The translations under genes were made by a program, and so were the position numbers. Under the pieces are notes generated by a model that did not search any database, was not told where the DNA came from, and saw only the letters and a list, made by a program, of their open reading frames with translations. Shown one piece after another: positions 18,642 through 27,851 of a DNA stretch of 64,000 nucleotides. Position 1 is the stretch's first letter. Every line of letters begins with the position of its first letter. The DNA comes from a phage, in NCBI GenBank assembly GCA_021081985.1, contig GCA_021081985.1_3639.1, one strand, 5' to 3'.

Positions 18642-19049
18642 CTATTGTAATTTTAAAGAGTTACGTAAACGTGCTTCTTGACGGTCACGAATAAACTGCG
18701 GGACATCATGAATGCTTTCGTTACCATGATAATTTTCCACAACTACAGATGTTACATCATAGCAGTAGTTTTCTGCTAAGTCAAGATAAGGTTTCAACTC
18801 TTTCGCAGAAGTTGTTGTGTTTGAAACAATAATCTTTTCAACTTCATTCTGCATGTGGAGTTCTACTTTGTCACGACACCATTGATGAGCTTTGTGGATA
18901 TTTTCTTCTTTCCACTCATACACACCGTCTTCGGTGTAATGAAATTGGTCAGCTTCACACACAGGCCAACGACCATCATCAGACAACTCTTTAGCAAGAG
19001 TTGATTTTCCTGACCCAGAGACACCACGTAAAATAAATAACTTTTTCAT
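18642..19049 (-). CDS. P-loop polynucleotide-kinase-like protein
   Basis: MKKLFILRGVSGSGKSTLA Walker A; 135 aa. Confidence 0.5.
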   Translation of the reverse strand: MKKLFILRGVSGSGKSTLAKELSDDGRWPVCEADQFHYTEDGVYEWKEENIHKAHQWCRDKVELHMQNEVEKIIVSNTTTSAKELKPYLDLAENYCYDVTSVVVENYHGNESIHDVPQFIRDRQEARLRNSLKLQ

Positions 19050-19059
19050 TAGTTTTCCT

Positions 19060-19392
19060 TTAGTATTGGTGACGATAAAACTTTATACCTAAAGTGTTTT
19101 CGAAATATTCTCTCGCCAACATAAACTTGTTCACGGCAGATGGGTTAGAGCTATGTACGTGAATCTCTTTAAGATTCGTAAACTTACCATCATGAAGCTC
19201 ACGTTCAATATAGATGAAAGCATCGTAACCTTCCTCATCACCACCCAAATCATTATCAAAATGGATGGAATCAATGTCGCTATCACTCATAAATTTTAGT
19301 AATGAGTAGAAGCTAGAGAGATTCTTACACCATAAGGCATTAGGGTATCCATAATCTACTGGATTTCGCAGATCATCCAACCACAGTTTCAA
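19060..19392 (-). CDS. conserved hypothetical protein (MKLWLDDLRNP...FDNDLGG motif)
   Basis: 110-aa ORF between the kinase-like and ligase-like genes; family not assigned. Confidence 0.3.
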   Translation of the reverse strand: MKLWLDDLRNPVDYGYPNALWCKNLSSFYSLLKFMSDSDIDSIHFDNDLGGDEEGYDAFIYIERELHDGKFTNLKEIHVHSSNPSAVNKFMLAREYFENTLGIKFYRHQY

Positions 19393-20321
19393 ATTGTACC
19401 TCCGAAAAAATCCTCAATAATTTCACGACGGAATTGTTCATGCAAACATTCCCAATGTTCTTTAGAATAGTTATCACGCAAATAGTTTAAAAGGTTATAA
19501 TACTCTTCGTCAACTTTCTTCTTAGCTTCTTCTGGGTTTCCCCAAATCATATCCCACTTGTTCTTACCGCCACGCATCAAAAATTTCTTCGCCAAATAGT
19601 GTGGTGATTTTATCTTCAAGAGAAGATCTTGCTGTCCTGTAGCAGCACGTACAACAAACCCTTCATGTTTGCATTCTTTAGACATTTTCAGGATGTCTGA
19701 AAAGTGCATATTTATGTAAGTCTCTGGTCGTTTAAAACCGAACTCTTTTGCGATAAGATCCAGAGCTTTTTCACTAAGCATAGAAGTTAATTTGTCTTTA
19801 TGAAATCGAACACCAATCAAATACACACCTGCCTTTTCTGGTACAATGTGTGGGTCTGAAGGAGCGCAAATCTCAAAGATAAATGTTGTCTTTGGTTCTT
19901 CCACACATGATAACAACATTGGCAAATTAGTACATTCTTCCATGATCATACCTTTTGCAAGTTTTGCAAAATCGGAATCTAGAGTTCCTGTTGTTGAAAC
20001 AATTAGCTCACCATTGTATGAGCTTACTGCTGCCATGAAGCCATTAACTTTACGTGCTGCATTCACAACCATATCTTTTGGAAGATCAGTACCGTTCTCT
20101 AAATGATTGAAAATCTTGGTAAAAGGCCACACAACGATGTTGTCATCACTGTCCACAACCATACCACGGCAATCAAGTAAGCGACTGTCTTGATCCCACA
20201 AGTTTTCCCAAAAAACTTTGTTACTGTATTTCAAAACAGACAAACCTTTAAACTCACCACTGGTATAAGTCTTCTTTTTGACAAGGCCTTTTGATACTAA
20301 ATCTTCAACATTGAATTTCAT
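19389..20321 (-). CDS. RNA ligase-like nucleotidyltransferase (putative)
   Basis: KVNGFM motif I-like lysine nucleotidyltransferase signature; 310 aa. Confidence 0.45.
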   Translation of the reverse strand: MKFNVEDLVSKGLVKKKTYTSGEFKGLSVLKYSNKVFWENLWDQDSRLLDCRGMVVDSDDNIVVWPFTKIFNHLENGTDLPKDMVVNAARKVNGFMAAVSSYNGELIVSTTGTLDSDFAKLAKGMIMEECTNLPMLLSCVEEPKTTFIFEICAPSDPHIVPEKAGVYLIGVRFHKDKLTSMLSEKALDLIAKEFGFKRPETYINMHFSDILKMSKECKHEGFVVRAATGQQDLLLKIKSPHYLAKKFLMRGGKNKWDMIWGNPEEAKKKVDEEYYNLLNYLRDNYSKEHWECLHEQFRREIIEDFFGGTI

Positions 20322-20518
20322 TTGTCTTCACCGTCACTATTGTATGATTGTTTATTAAATGACTCAATTATACATGTTGATCGTCTTGCGTCAACAGATT
20401 GGCTTGTTAAATCTTTAGCAACAACTAGTTTTTCCACATCATCTTTTTTGATGGATCCGTAAGCACCAGAATCCATCATGAAGAATATTTTATCTTCTGT
20501 TATCTTGTGTATTTTCAT
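20318..20518 (-). CDS. hypothetical protein
   Basis: 66-aa ORF. Confidence 0.25.
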   Translation of the reverse strand: MKIHKITEDKIFFMMDSGAYGSIKKDDVEKLVVAKDLTSQSVDARRSTCIIESFNKQSYNSDGEDK

Positions 20519-20539
20519 TCATAAAATCTCAATAATTAT

Positions 20540-21118
20540 TCAATGGCCATCAGCAGTGAAAACGTCTTTTTCCATACACATTTGGTATGCTTCTGGCAGA
20601 CCCAAAATTCTCCCATGTACATCCCAACCAACATCAAGAATCCGTCCTTTCGCACTGTAAGATCCGTGACTGTGCCCATGCAAGAACACAGACCCATAGT
20701 GAGATTTATTCCACGCGGCAAACGGGTAATGACTCATACAAATTTTTTGTTCATAATCGTTAAATTCGTAATAATCGCACACATCATGACCACGTTTTTT
20801 GAATGTTTTAATCGCATCAAAATTGTCATGATTACCTTTGACAAGGACGATATGCCCAACAAGTTCATCAAGAATTTCTTCAAGTCTTTTAATAACTTGC
20901 TTGCCACGACCAAAACAAAAATCACCAAGCACAAAAGTCACAGTATCGGCATCTGCGCCGTGGTTAAATTTCACTGTGAGGTCTTGGTTCATTTGTTCAA
21001 CGGTTTTGTACAAATCACCACGAAAACGTTTTGAACTCTCAAAGTTCAGGATGTTTTTATGCCAGTAATGTAAATCAGATGTTACACGGTATTTGGTTCC
21101 CATTTCTCTCTCCCTCAC
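20540..21118 (-). CDS. calcineurin-like metallophosphoesterase
   Basis: DLH, GDF, GNHD and GHSH metal-binding motifs in order. Confidence 0.7.
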   Translation of the reverse strand: MREREMGTKYRVTSDLHYWHKNILNFESSKRFRGDLYKTVEQMNQDLTVKFNHGADADTVTFVLGDFCFGRGKQVIKRLEEILDELVGHIVLVKGNHDNFDAIKTFKKRGHDVCDYYEFNDYEQKICMSHYPFAAWNKSHYGSVFLHGHSHGSYSAKGRILDVGWDVHGRILGLPEAYQMCMEKDVFTADGH

Positions 21119-21128
21119 ACAACAAAAA

Positions 21129-21566
21129 TCACTGTCGCTCTAACAAATCTTCTGCTGGATAAGCATACAGCATGTATTCCCAACCACGATGGTAATGTCT
21201 GTGTTGCCAGTTGATTAATTTTAGACACACAATGTTCACCACGTTCCTGTCCCCATGGATAAAAACACAAGTCTCAAGGATTGACTTTCCAAACTCAACA
21301 TGACTGTCAAGATACAGTTTTGTGTTGTATCTTTTTTCAGCATCCAGCATGATCTGTTTCAAGGCCAGAAATGCCTCGCAACACACAGATTTTTCATCAG
21401 AAATCATTTTGATATTCAAGCATTCACCCCCACACAGGCAACCACGCAAATCGTGTCTGATCACCACAACACAATCGGTTTGAAACAAACCTGTTTGACA
21501 CACAACAGGCATCGTCGTAGTGTCATGCCTAAACACAGACAGATATGATACGACGAAGATCCCCAC
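21129..21566 (-). CDS. Cys/His-rich hypothetical protein (first gene of the minus-strand block)
   Basis: 145-aa ORF; several Cys and an HRHYH stretch. Confidence 0.3.
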   Translation of the reverse strand: MGIFVVSYLSVFRHDTTTMPVVCQTGLFQTDCVVVIRHDLRGCLCGGECLNIKMISDEKSVCCEAFLALKQIMLDAEKRYNTKLYLDSHVEFGKSILETCVFIHGDRNVVNIVCLKLINWQHRHYHRGWEYMLYAYPAEDLLERQ

Positions 21567-22122
21567 ACAGAGTCACATAGTGACTTGTGACAACCCGAAT
21601 CCATGATTGAGATAAACACACAGAGACAAACCTGTAGGGTTTGTTGATGTGGGTTTATCTCAGAATGGCTCATGAGGGTTAGATGATCACAAGCTATCAG
21701 CGCAGTGAGCATCTTACACACTCACGTATTGCCTGAAGAGTCTCATCGACTCATGCTTTCAGGCAAAACACTATGAACTCTATGATTCGAAATCATCGAA
21801 CCATACGATTCGACTCAATCGAATCATATCAACAAAAATATTTAAAATCAAGTCTTGACATTCTTCAAGACTTAATGTATTTTAAATAAATTTTATATAA
21901 TATATTATTATATATAATACGTAGTATTATATTATATTAAATTATATTATATAATTTATATTATATTAGATCATATTAAATAGATCATAGTATTATAATA
22001 CGTAGTATTATATTTAATAGATCTTATAAGTTAGTTTAATTTGATCAGTTAGTATTGTGTCCCCAAAACGGGGACATACCCATGTCCCTGAAATGGGGAC
22101 ATATGGGAGGGGTTGACATTGT
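21567..22122. promoter_or_regulatory. divergent intergenic control region (AT-rich repeats, palindromes, promoter-like boxes)
   Basis: 556 bp non-coding between opposed gene blocks; IR gagataaac..gtttatctc (about 21610-21662), IR tgcctgaa..ttcaggca (about 21731-21766), gattcga/cgaatcat repeats, IR aagtcttga..tcaagactt with TTGACA (21850-21873), AT-rich attatat repeats (21880-22050), paired GTCCC..GGGAC hairpins (22058-22102), TTGACA at 22113-22118. Confidence 0.45.
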
Positions 22123-22548
22123 GTGGGGTTATGGGTAGCATTCTCGGTGTTGGATTACACACCGGAGTTTGCCTTGAAATCTAATGTTGGGGGTTTCCAT
22201 GTAAATCCGAAAGCTGGGTCATACATCGCTGTCCCGACAGAGTGGGTTTTTGATGAACGGTTATCACCAAGCGATCTGCAAAGATTGATACGCTTGTTGT
22301 GGAGATACGAGTATTTCAAGAATCTGAACCCTCTGGGTGGGGAACTGGTATTCTTTCCGTCACAACAATCCTTGTGTGGCCTGTTGGGGTGGAATGAAAA
22401 CTCACGAACCAAAGTGTCTGAATTTCTGTCTCGGATGGAGAGCTTTGGTTATATCAGGCGTGTTAGATCAGGATTTCAGGATTCTGATGGTAACGTGAAA
22501 CCAAGAAATTATATTATCGTCAATCGTATCAGAGGGGATAAATCATGA
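22123..22548 (+). CDS. putative winged-helix DNA-binding protein (start uncertain)
   Basis: 141-aa ORF from GTG; LIRLLWRYEYF...GYIRRVR helix-rich segment; track start lies inside promoter-like sequence so a downstream TTG near 22174 may be the real start. Confidence 0.3.
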   Translation: MGLWVAFSVLDYTPEFALKSNVGGFHVNPKAGSYIAVPTEWVFDERLSPSDLQRLIRLLWRYEYFKNLNPLGGELVFFPSQQSLCGLLGWNENSRTKVSEFLSRMESFGYIRRVRSGFQDSDGNVKPRNYIIVNRIRGDKS

Positions 22549-23354
22549 ATATTCGTTTGAGTTTGAACAAGCTACATGTGCCAGTTGACCATTTCACATT
22601 TAGTGGTGGTGAGGAGCAGATTAAGATCGATATGCGTCATGTTCCGCATGGTTCGATAGGTTTTGTTGATATCTTCGCTAGACTCAAGAACTCACAGGAT
22701 GTGATGTGTTTGGCACTGCTTGTTGATGCAGTTAATCGTCTTGGCAATTTGGATGTTGGTGTGGAAAAGGTTTTACACCTGCCGTACATTCCGTATGCTC
22801 GACAAGACCGAGTTATGAACCCTGGAGAATCTCTGTCGGTGAAAGTCTTTGCCACAATGATTAACTCGCTTGGTTTCCACAAAGTCATCGTCGATGATCC
22901 ACACAGTGACGTATCCGCAGCACTGATTGATAACGTGAAAATTCGTTCTCAGACTGATTTGTTCTTGAACATGAATTTTGATTTTGATCTGCTTACGGAC
23001 GAATCGCTTGTGTTGGTTGCTCCAGATGCAGGTGCACGCAAGAAGACCCAGAAGGTTGCTGATACCTTGGAACTATCTGTGGTTGAAGCAGGTAAAATCC
23101 GTGATGTGGGAACAGGGGCAATCACAGGCACAACAGTGTTTGGTGATGTTGGTGGGAAGACATGCCTGATTGTCGATGATATCTGCGATGGTGGGTTTAC
23201 GTTTACAAACTTAGCTCAAGCCTTGAAAGCTGCTGGTGCAAAACGTGTTATTTTGTATGTTACGCATGGAATTTTCTCTCGTGGGAAAGAATTTATTCTC
23301 GACGGTGGTGTTGACGAAATTTATGCATACTACGACTGGACAGAAAATTTTTAA
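22545..23354 (+). CDS. ribose-phosphate pyrophosphokinase (PRPP synthetase) family protein
   Basis: LPYIPYARQDR, VLVAPDAGA and LIVDDICDGGFT motifs. Confidence 0.8.
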   Translation: MNIRLSLNKLHVPVDHFTFSGGEEQIKIDMRHVPHGSIGFVDIFARLKNSQDVMCLALLVDAVNRLGNLDVGVEKVLHLPYIPYARQDRVMNPGESLSVKVFATMINSLGFHKVIVDDPHSDVSAALIDNVKIRSQTDLFLNMNFDFDLLTDESLVLVAPDAGARKKTQKVADTLELSVVEAGKIRDVGTGAITGTTVFGDVGGKTCLIVDDICDGGFTFTNLAQALKAAGAKRVILYVTHGIFSRGKEFILDGGVDEIYAYYDWTENF

Positions 23355-23418
23355 GTTGGTATTGACAAAGATACGTTTTAGTGAAAAAATACGTTTTTAG
23401 GATTGGAGGGTTGAGATC

Positions 23419-25134
23419 ATGCTTCACAAAGAAAGTCCATTGCTGTTTGCAGATTTTTATAAACCAAGTCACATCTCGATGTACGACAAACGTTCACAGT
23501 TTGTTCAAGACAACATGACACCACGCAATGCGAAACACTTTGTACACTTTGCAGATGATGACCATCGTGTAATGTTTGCTGGTCTTCAGGGATTTATCAA
23601 GTGGTTCCTGATTGACATGTTTAATAATAATTTCTTTGCTTTACCGAAAGAAAAGGCGATTCAGGATTACAAAGAGATTTGTGATTTGAGCATTGGGAAG
23701 GATGCTGTTGAAACTTGGGGTTTTGAGAGATTGCATGATCTTGGATATCTCCCAATTGAAATTAGAGCTTTGCCTGAAGGAACTCTTGTTCCTGTTCAGG
23801 TTCCTATGTTCACGATTCAGAACACGCACCCTGATTTTTACTGGCTGCCAAACTTCCTTGAGAGCGTGATCTCCTCGGAGACTTGGAAGACAATTACCAC
23901 GGCAACGACTTTCTGGCAATATCGTAAACTATCAGAACTGTGGGCAAAGAAAACATGTGATAACAACGATCACGTTCCTTTCCAGAACCATTGTTTTGCA
24001 TACCGTGGTGAAGCTGGAACACATGACGCAGCACAGAGCGAATTTGGGCAACTGATTAGCTCAATGGGCACAGATACAATTCCAGCGATTGTTTACGCAA
24101 ATCGCTATTACAACATGAAAGGTCGCTTTGTTGCTGGGTCTATTCCCGCATCTGAGCATAGCGTAGCGACAACGAACATTGGTTTTATTGTTGAGCGTAT
24201 CCAGCAGGAAAATCCTGACATGTCGCTTGCTGAAGCACGTTTTCGTGCTGAAGTTGAGTTCTTAAAGCGTTATGCAACAGAGATTTTTCCGTCAGGCTAT
24301 GCTTCATACGTCGCAGACAGCTATGATTTTTGGGCAATCATTACACAAGCAGCCAAAATCCTGAAAGATGAGATTATGTCTCGTGATGGCAAGCTGGTCT
24401 TCCGACCGGACAGTGGGATCCCAGAGCACATCATTGCTGGCTATCGTGTGTGCTCTCAGGAAGAATGGGCAACGGGACAGTGCTGTGATATGGATGCTGT
24501 GCTGTTTAAAAATGGCAAATATGTCACTCTGTACGAGATGTCCAGAGACACTTCTTGGATGCGAGATTCGGAAGGCAACCTCGTAGATTGGAAATCTTTG
24601 ACAGGTGATGAATTTACAAATTATCTTACCAAAGAGGAGGTTAAGGGTGCTGTACAATGCTTGTGGGAAATCTTTGGTGGTAGTGTAAACTCTTTGGGTT
24701 ACAAAGTTCTTGATAGCCATGTTGGTTTAATCTACGGAGACTCTATCACAATCTCTCGTGCTAAAGAGATCTTTGAGCGCCTTGAAGAACGAGGCTTTGC
24801 TTCCAGCAACATTGTGTTTGGTGTAGGATCTTATACAACGCAATATACAACCCGTGATTCTCTTGGGATGGCTGTAAAAGCTACTGGTGCTGTGATTGAT
24901 GGCAGACAAGTAATGGTTGTAAAAGAGCCTAAGACTGATCTTGGGAAGAAATCTGCGAAAGGTTTTGTTAAAGTTATTCGTGGTGATGATGGTGAGTTGA
25001 AGCTGGTAGATAATCTTGGTATTAATCAGGTATCTGACCCTGACAACGAGCTTAGAACAGTTTTTGTTAATGGTAAGCTGCTTGTGGATGAGGATCTTGA
25101 AGAAATTCGTCAAAGAGCTTTGTCACAGCTTTAG
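23419..25134 (+). CDS. nicotinamide phosphoribosyltransferase (NAMPT/NadV) family protein
   Basis: 571 aa; N-terminal LLFADFYKPSHISMY and overall NAMPT-like pattern; GGAGGG RBS. Confidence 0.8.
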   Translation: MLHKESPLLFADFYKPSHISMYDKRSQFVQDNMTPRNAKHFVHFADDDHRVMFAGLQGFIKWFLIDMFNNNFFALPKEKAIQDYKEICDLSIGKDAVETWGFERLHDLGYLPIEIRALPEGTLVPVQVPMFTIQNTHPDFYWLPNFLESVISSETWKTITTATTFWQYRKLSELWAKKTCDNNDHVPFQNHCFAYRGEAGTHDAAQSEFGQLISSMGTDTIPAIVYANRYYNMKGRFVAGSIPASEHSVATTNIGFIVERIQQENPDMSLAEARFRAEVEFLKRYATEIFPSGYASYVADSYDFWAIITQAAKILKDEIMSRDGKLVFRPDSGIPEHIIAGYRVCSQEEWATGQCCDMDAVLFKNGKYVTLYEMSRDTSWMRDSEGNLVDWKSLTGDEFTNYLTKEEVKGAVQCLWEIFGGSVNSLGYKVLDSHVGLIYGDSITISRAKEIFERLEERGFASSNIVFGVGSYTTQYTTRDSLGMAVKATGAVIDGRQVMVVKEPKTDLGKKSAKGFVKVIRGDDGELKLVDNLGINQVSDPDNELRTVFVNGKLLVDEDLEEIRQRALSQL

Positions 25135-25146
25135 CAGCATAATCAT

Positions 25147-25172
25147 TCCCCTCCGCACGGAGGGGTTTTTCA
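25147..25172 (+). terminator. intrinsic terminator after the NAMPT-like gene
   Basis: CCCCTCCGcacGGAGGGG followed by TTTTT. Confidence 0.55.
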
Positions 25173-25188
25173 TTCCTAGGAGAGCGTT

Positions 25189-25395
25189 TTGAGAAATTTC
25201 GTAGTCAAGCACGACAGAAACCGTGCATCAGTCCACACAGACATGAAAAAAGCGTGGGAGCCAGATATCCTTGACGGACTAGAAGAACATTACATCGAAG
25301 TCGGTCTTTGCAAGGATGCCTCATGTGACCTTTCCCCTCATGAGATTGCAGTAGCAGAATACGAACGTGGTGTCAAGGCTTCTGGAATAGTTTAA
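25189..25395 (+). CDS. hypothetical protein
   Basis: 68-aa ORF. Confidence 0.3.
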   Translation: MRNFVVKHDRNRASVHTDMKKAWEPDILDGLEEHYIEVGLCKDASCDLSPHEIAVAEYERGVKASGIV

Positions 25396-25463
25396 TTGAC
25401 AAAAATAAACACCACTGATAAGATCTAATAACAAGATAAAAATAAAGTTAGTGGTGATTTGTT

Positions 25464-25712
25464 ATGTTTAAATTAAAAATGGTTCTTAAGTCTGATAACG
25501 GGGAGTACGTAGAACATGAGTCTTTTCATAAAACACATGATGATGCGCTTGAAGAAGCGGATGATGTCGCTTTTTCTACAACTGGTTTTGGAATTGAATC
25601 CTGGAAATATATTGCATCGTTCGGTGAAGAAGGCGGGTTATATTATTTCTACCCCATCGAAGGGATTAGTACAACAAAGTACGTTATCAGGATCCTTAGA
25701 ACAACCGTATAA
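25464..25712 (+). CDS. hypothetical protein
   Basis: 82-aa ORF; promoter-like TTGACA-17-TAAGAT at 25396-25424 upstream. Confidence 0.3.
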   Translation: MFKLKMVLKSDNGEYVEHESFHKTHDDALEEADDVAFSTTGFGIESWKYIASFGEEGGLYYFYPIEGISTTKYVIRILRTTV

Positions 25713-25995
25713 AAATCGTAAACAAAGACGTGCAGAAGCTGCAATGAAAAGATCACGGAGAAAAGTAAGATGACCAAAACGTATACTGAAGAGACGCATA
25801 AACAAGTTGAGTTGTTGCTTTGTAGGTTACAACAGTGTATTGACAGAGTTCGTATTTTACGTTTTGAGTTTGAAAATAATATCTCTTAATGTGAGGAATG
25901 TATGAGAAAAGGTATTGATTTTGAAAAAGAAGTTGGTTTCGGGGAAGGGTGTCATCAAGAAGAAAATTGGGATGTTTAAAATTTTAAAATATCTC

Positions 25996-26024
25996 TTGAC
26001 AATGTAGATCATACAGGATAACAT
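25996..26024 (+). promoter_or_regulatory. sigma70-like promoter (TTGACA-17-TAACAT) upstream of first tRNA
   Basis: cTTGACAatgtagatcatacaggaTAACAT about 22 nt before the tRNA 5' end. Confidence 0.4.
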
Positions 26025-26045
26025 CATCTCATACCAAAGAGATAC

Positions 26046-26121
26046 GGCCCCTTAGCTCAGTGGTTAGAGCAGGTGACTCATAATCGCTTGGTCGCTGGTT
26101 AAAGTCCAGCAGGGGCCACCA
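26046..26121 (+). tRNA. tRNA-Met (anticodon CAT; could also be Ile2 or initiator)
   Basis: Manual cloverleaf: acceptor GGCCCCT/AGGGGCC, D-arm GCTC..GAGC, anticodon loop cTCATaa, T-arm GCTGG..CCAGC, encoded CCA. Confidence 0.75.
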
Positions 26122-26173
26122 AATGTGGCACACGAAATAAACTAGGTTTATTGTTTTCGGAGGAGAAAACTTA

Positions 26174-26497
26174 ATGGCTAAGAAACAGTCTGCTAAAAAG
26201 GTATCAGCTATCGAGGCGATCAAGCAACCTTTTCAGTTTGAATCAAAATCCACGCAGACACATTCTGCACCGCACGATGTGCGTCTTGGTGGCAAAACGC
26301 AAACTGTAGCAGTTCTGAAAAAACGCAAAGATGAAGACGGTAATACTGAAATGTATTATGAATCTGTGTCTCGTGTCATTGGTGGTGAAGTGATTTCTGC
26401 TTCCTATCGTATCCGTACTGGGAAAACAAAGCGTGAACGAGAAGTGAAACAGAAAACAAGCACTCCTGTAGGAAACGTTAAGAAAACTAAAAAATAA
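26174..26497 (+). CDS. hypothetical basic protein
   Basis: 107 aa, Lys-rich; GGAGGAG RBS. Confidence 0.35.
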   Translation: MAKKQSAKKVSAIEAIKQPFQFESKSTQTHSAPHDVRLGGKTQTVAVLKKRKDEDGNTEMYYESVSRVIGGEVISASYRIRTGKTKREREVKQKTSTPVGNVKKTKK

Positions 26498-26573
26498 TTT
26501 ACTGACGAGAGTGCCACCGTGAGCCAGCGTCATTAAACAAAGGGAATCACGGACATTCAGGAGGGTTGAGATT

Positions 26574-26765
26574 ATGATAGGATCTTTGCTTAAGATTGCA
26601 AGCGATGTAACAACAACGGCTGTTGAAGTGACTGCTGCGGTAACAACTCCGTTTGTTGATTTAGCATCAGATGCTATAGCAGCAGCAGACGAGATGATTT
26701 TGTCACCGACATCTGATCTTGTCCAAGATCTTTGTGATTCTATAAAAGATGCTGTAAAAGATTAA
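26574..26765 (+). CDS. hypothetical small acidic protein
   Basis: 63 aa; AGGAGGG RBS. Confidence 0.3.
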   Translation: MIGSLLKIASDVTTTAVEVTAAVTTPFVDLASDAIAAADEMILSPTSDLVQDLCDSIKDAVKD

Positions 26766-26773
26766 AATTTTTC

Positions 26774-26802
26774 TTGACATAGTTTTTGTTTTTCTGTATA
26801 GT
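26774..26802 (+). promoter_or_regulatory. sigma70-like promoter (TTGACA-17-TATAGT)
   Basis: TTGACAtagtttttgtttttctgTATAGT upstream of the ORF at 26839. Confidence 0.5.
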
Positions 26803-26838
26803 TACTTTATCAAAGCTAATTTACATAGGAGAGATTGA

Positions 26839-27486
26839 ATGTCTACTAAGATTTCCGTAACTCGTGCACTTGCTTCTATCTCTAAGATTGAAGATAAGAT
26901 CAATAAGCGCATTTATAACCTTGAATGTATTAAGATTGCAAAAGGAACTGAGAATAATTGTAAGATTCCTGGTTATATCGGCTCTGTTGATGATTTTAAG
27001 AAATCTGCGATCAACGACTATCAAAGTCTGCAAGACCTCTTGGCAGTTCGCGATGAACTGAAGGCAAAAATTGTCAAGTCTAATGCTGAGACAATTGTCA
27101 AAATTGGTAAGGTGTCTATGACAGTTGCTGAGGCAATCGAACGCAAACGGACGATTTGCTTTAAACAAGAGTTGTTAAACAAACTTTGTGCACAGCGTGC
27201 TTCTGCACAGCTTCTTCTGGCAAAAGAAGAAAAATCTCTGGAAGATAAACTTGAAAATGCCAGAGCGCCATATATCCAACGTGATAAAGCGCCAGATGCA
27301 GAGCAGATTAAGACTGTGGAAGCTCCCATTCGAATGATGAACACACCATCGGTTGTGGATCCTCTTGAACTGGCTTCTAAGATTCGTTCTCTTGAAGAAG
27401 AGATTGAAGATTTCTTGTCTAACGTTGATTTTGCGTTGTCTGAGTCAAACGCTAAGACAGAAATTGAGATTGAGCACTCTCTCTAA
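26839..27486 (+). CDS. hypothetical coiled-coil protein
   Basis: 215 aa; heptad-like charged stretches; AGGAGAG RBS. Confidence 0.4.
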   Translation: MSTKISVTRALASISKIEDKINKRIYNLECIKIAKGTENNCKIPGYIGSVDDFKKSAINDYQSLQDLLAVRDELKAKIVKSNAETIVKIGKVSMTVAEAIERKRTICFKQELLNKLCAQRASAQLLLAKEEKSLEDKLENARAPYIQRDKAPDAEQIKTVEAPIRMMNTPSVVDPLELASKIRSLEEEIEDFLSNVDFALSESNAKTEIEIEHSL

Positions 27487-27520
27487 AAGGCTCTGATAAT
27501 ATCATTATCGTTCCTTTGTT

Positions 27521-27733
27521 TTGAAATTTAAAACATTGCTTTTGATTAACGAAGTTTACATCATCTTGCCTCCTGGGGATTGGAGGTTAAATATTCCCCA
27601 CCATGTATCGTATATGTATGAGGATAATACAGAACATAGATGCAGCGAGGCACACGAAGATGCTTTGTTGTTTCCACTAAGTAAAAGTTCATACAATAAA
27701 GGTCAATGGTTAAATGTGAAAGATGAAACTTGA
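27521..27733 (+). CDS. hypothetical protein
   Basis: 70-aa ORF. Confidence 0.25.
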   Translation: MKFKTLLLINEVYIILPPGDWRLNIPHHVSYMYEDNTEHRCSEAHEDALLFPLSKSSYNKGQWLNVKDET

Positions 27734-27851
27734 AAGTTGACTCTTGAAAGATAAAATTTCGTTTATCATCTGAAATCCTTGACACAGGTTATGGCTCACA
27801 AGATATGGTCTGTAAAGCCTCAAGGCTGTTAATCGGAAGCAATGTCTTATT

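Noticed and set aside
21880-22050. AT-rich repeats considered as a possible CRISPR array
   Set aside because: Repeats are short, irregular attatat-type units without regular repeat-spacer periodicity; better explained as an AT-rich regulatory or unwinding element.
22123-22548. Possible replication initiator call for the first plus-strand ORF
   Set aside because: Only a generic winged-helix-like pattern is visible; no initiator motifs recognised, so it is left as a putative DNA-binding protein.
26029-26223. Track ORF of 64 aa on minus strand
   Set aside because: Antisense to tRNA-Met (26046..26121); no RBS.
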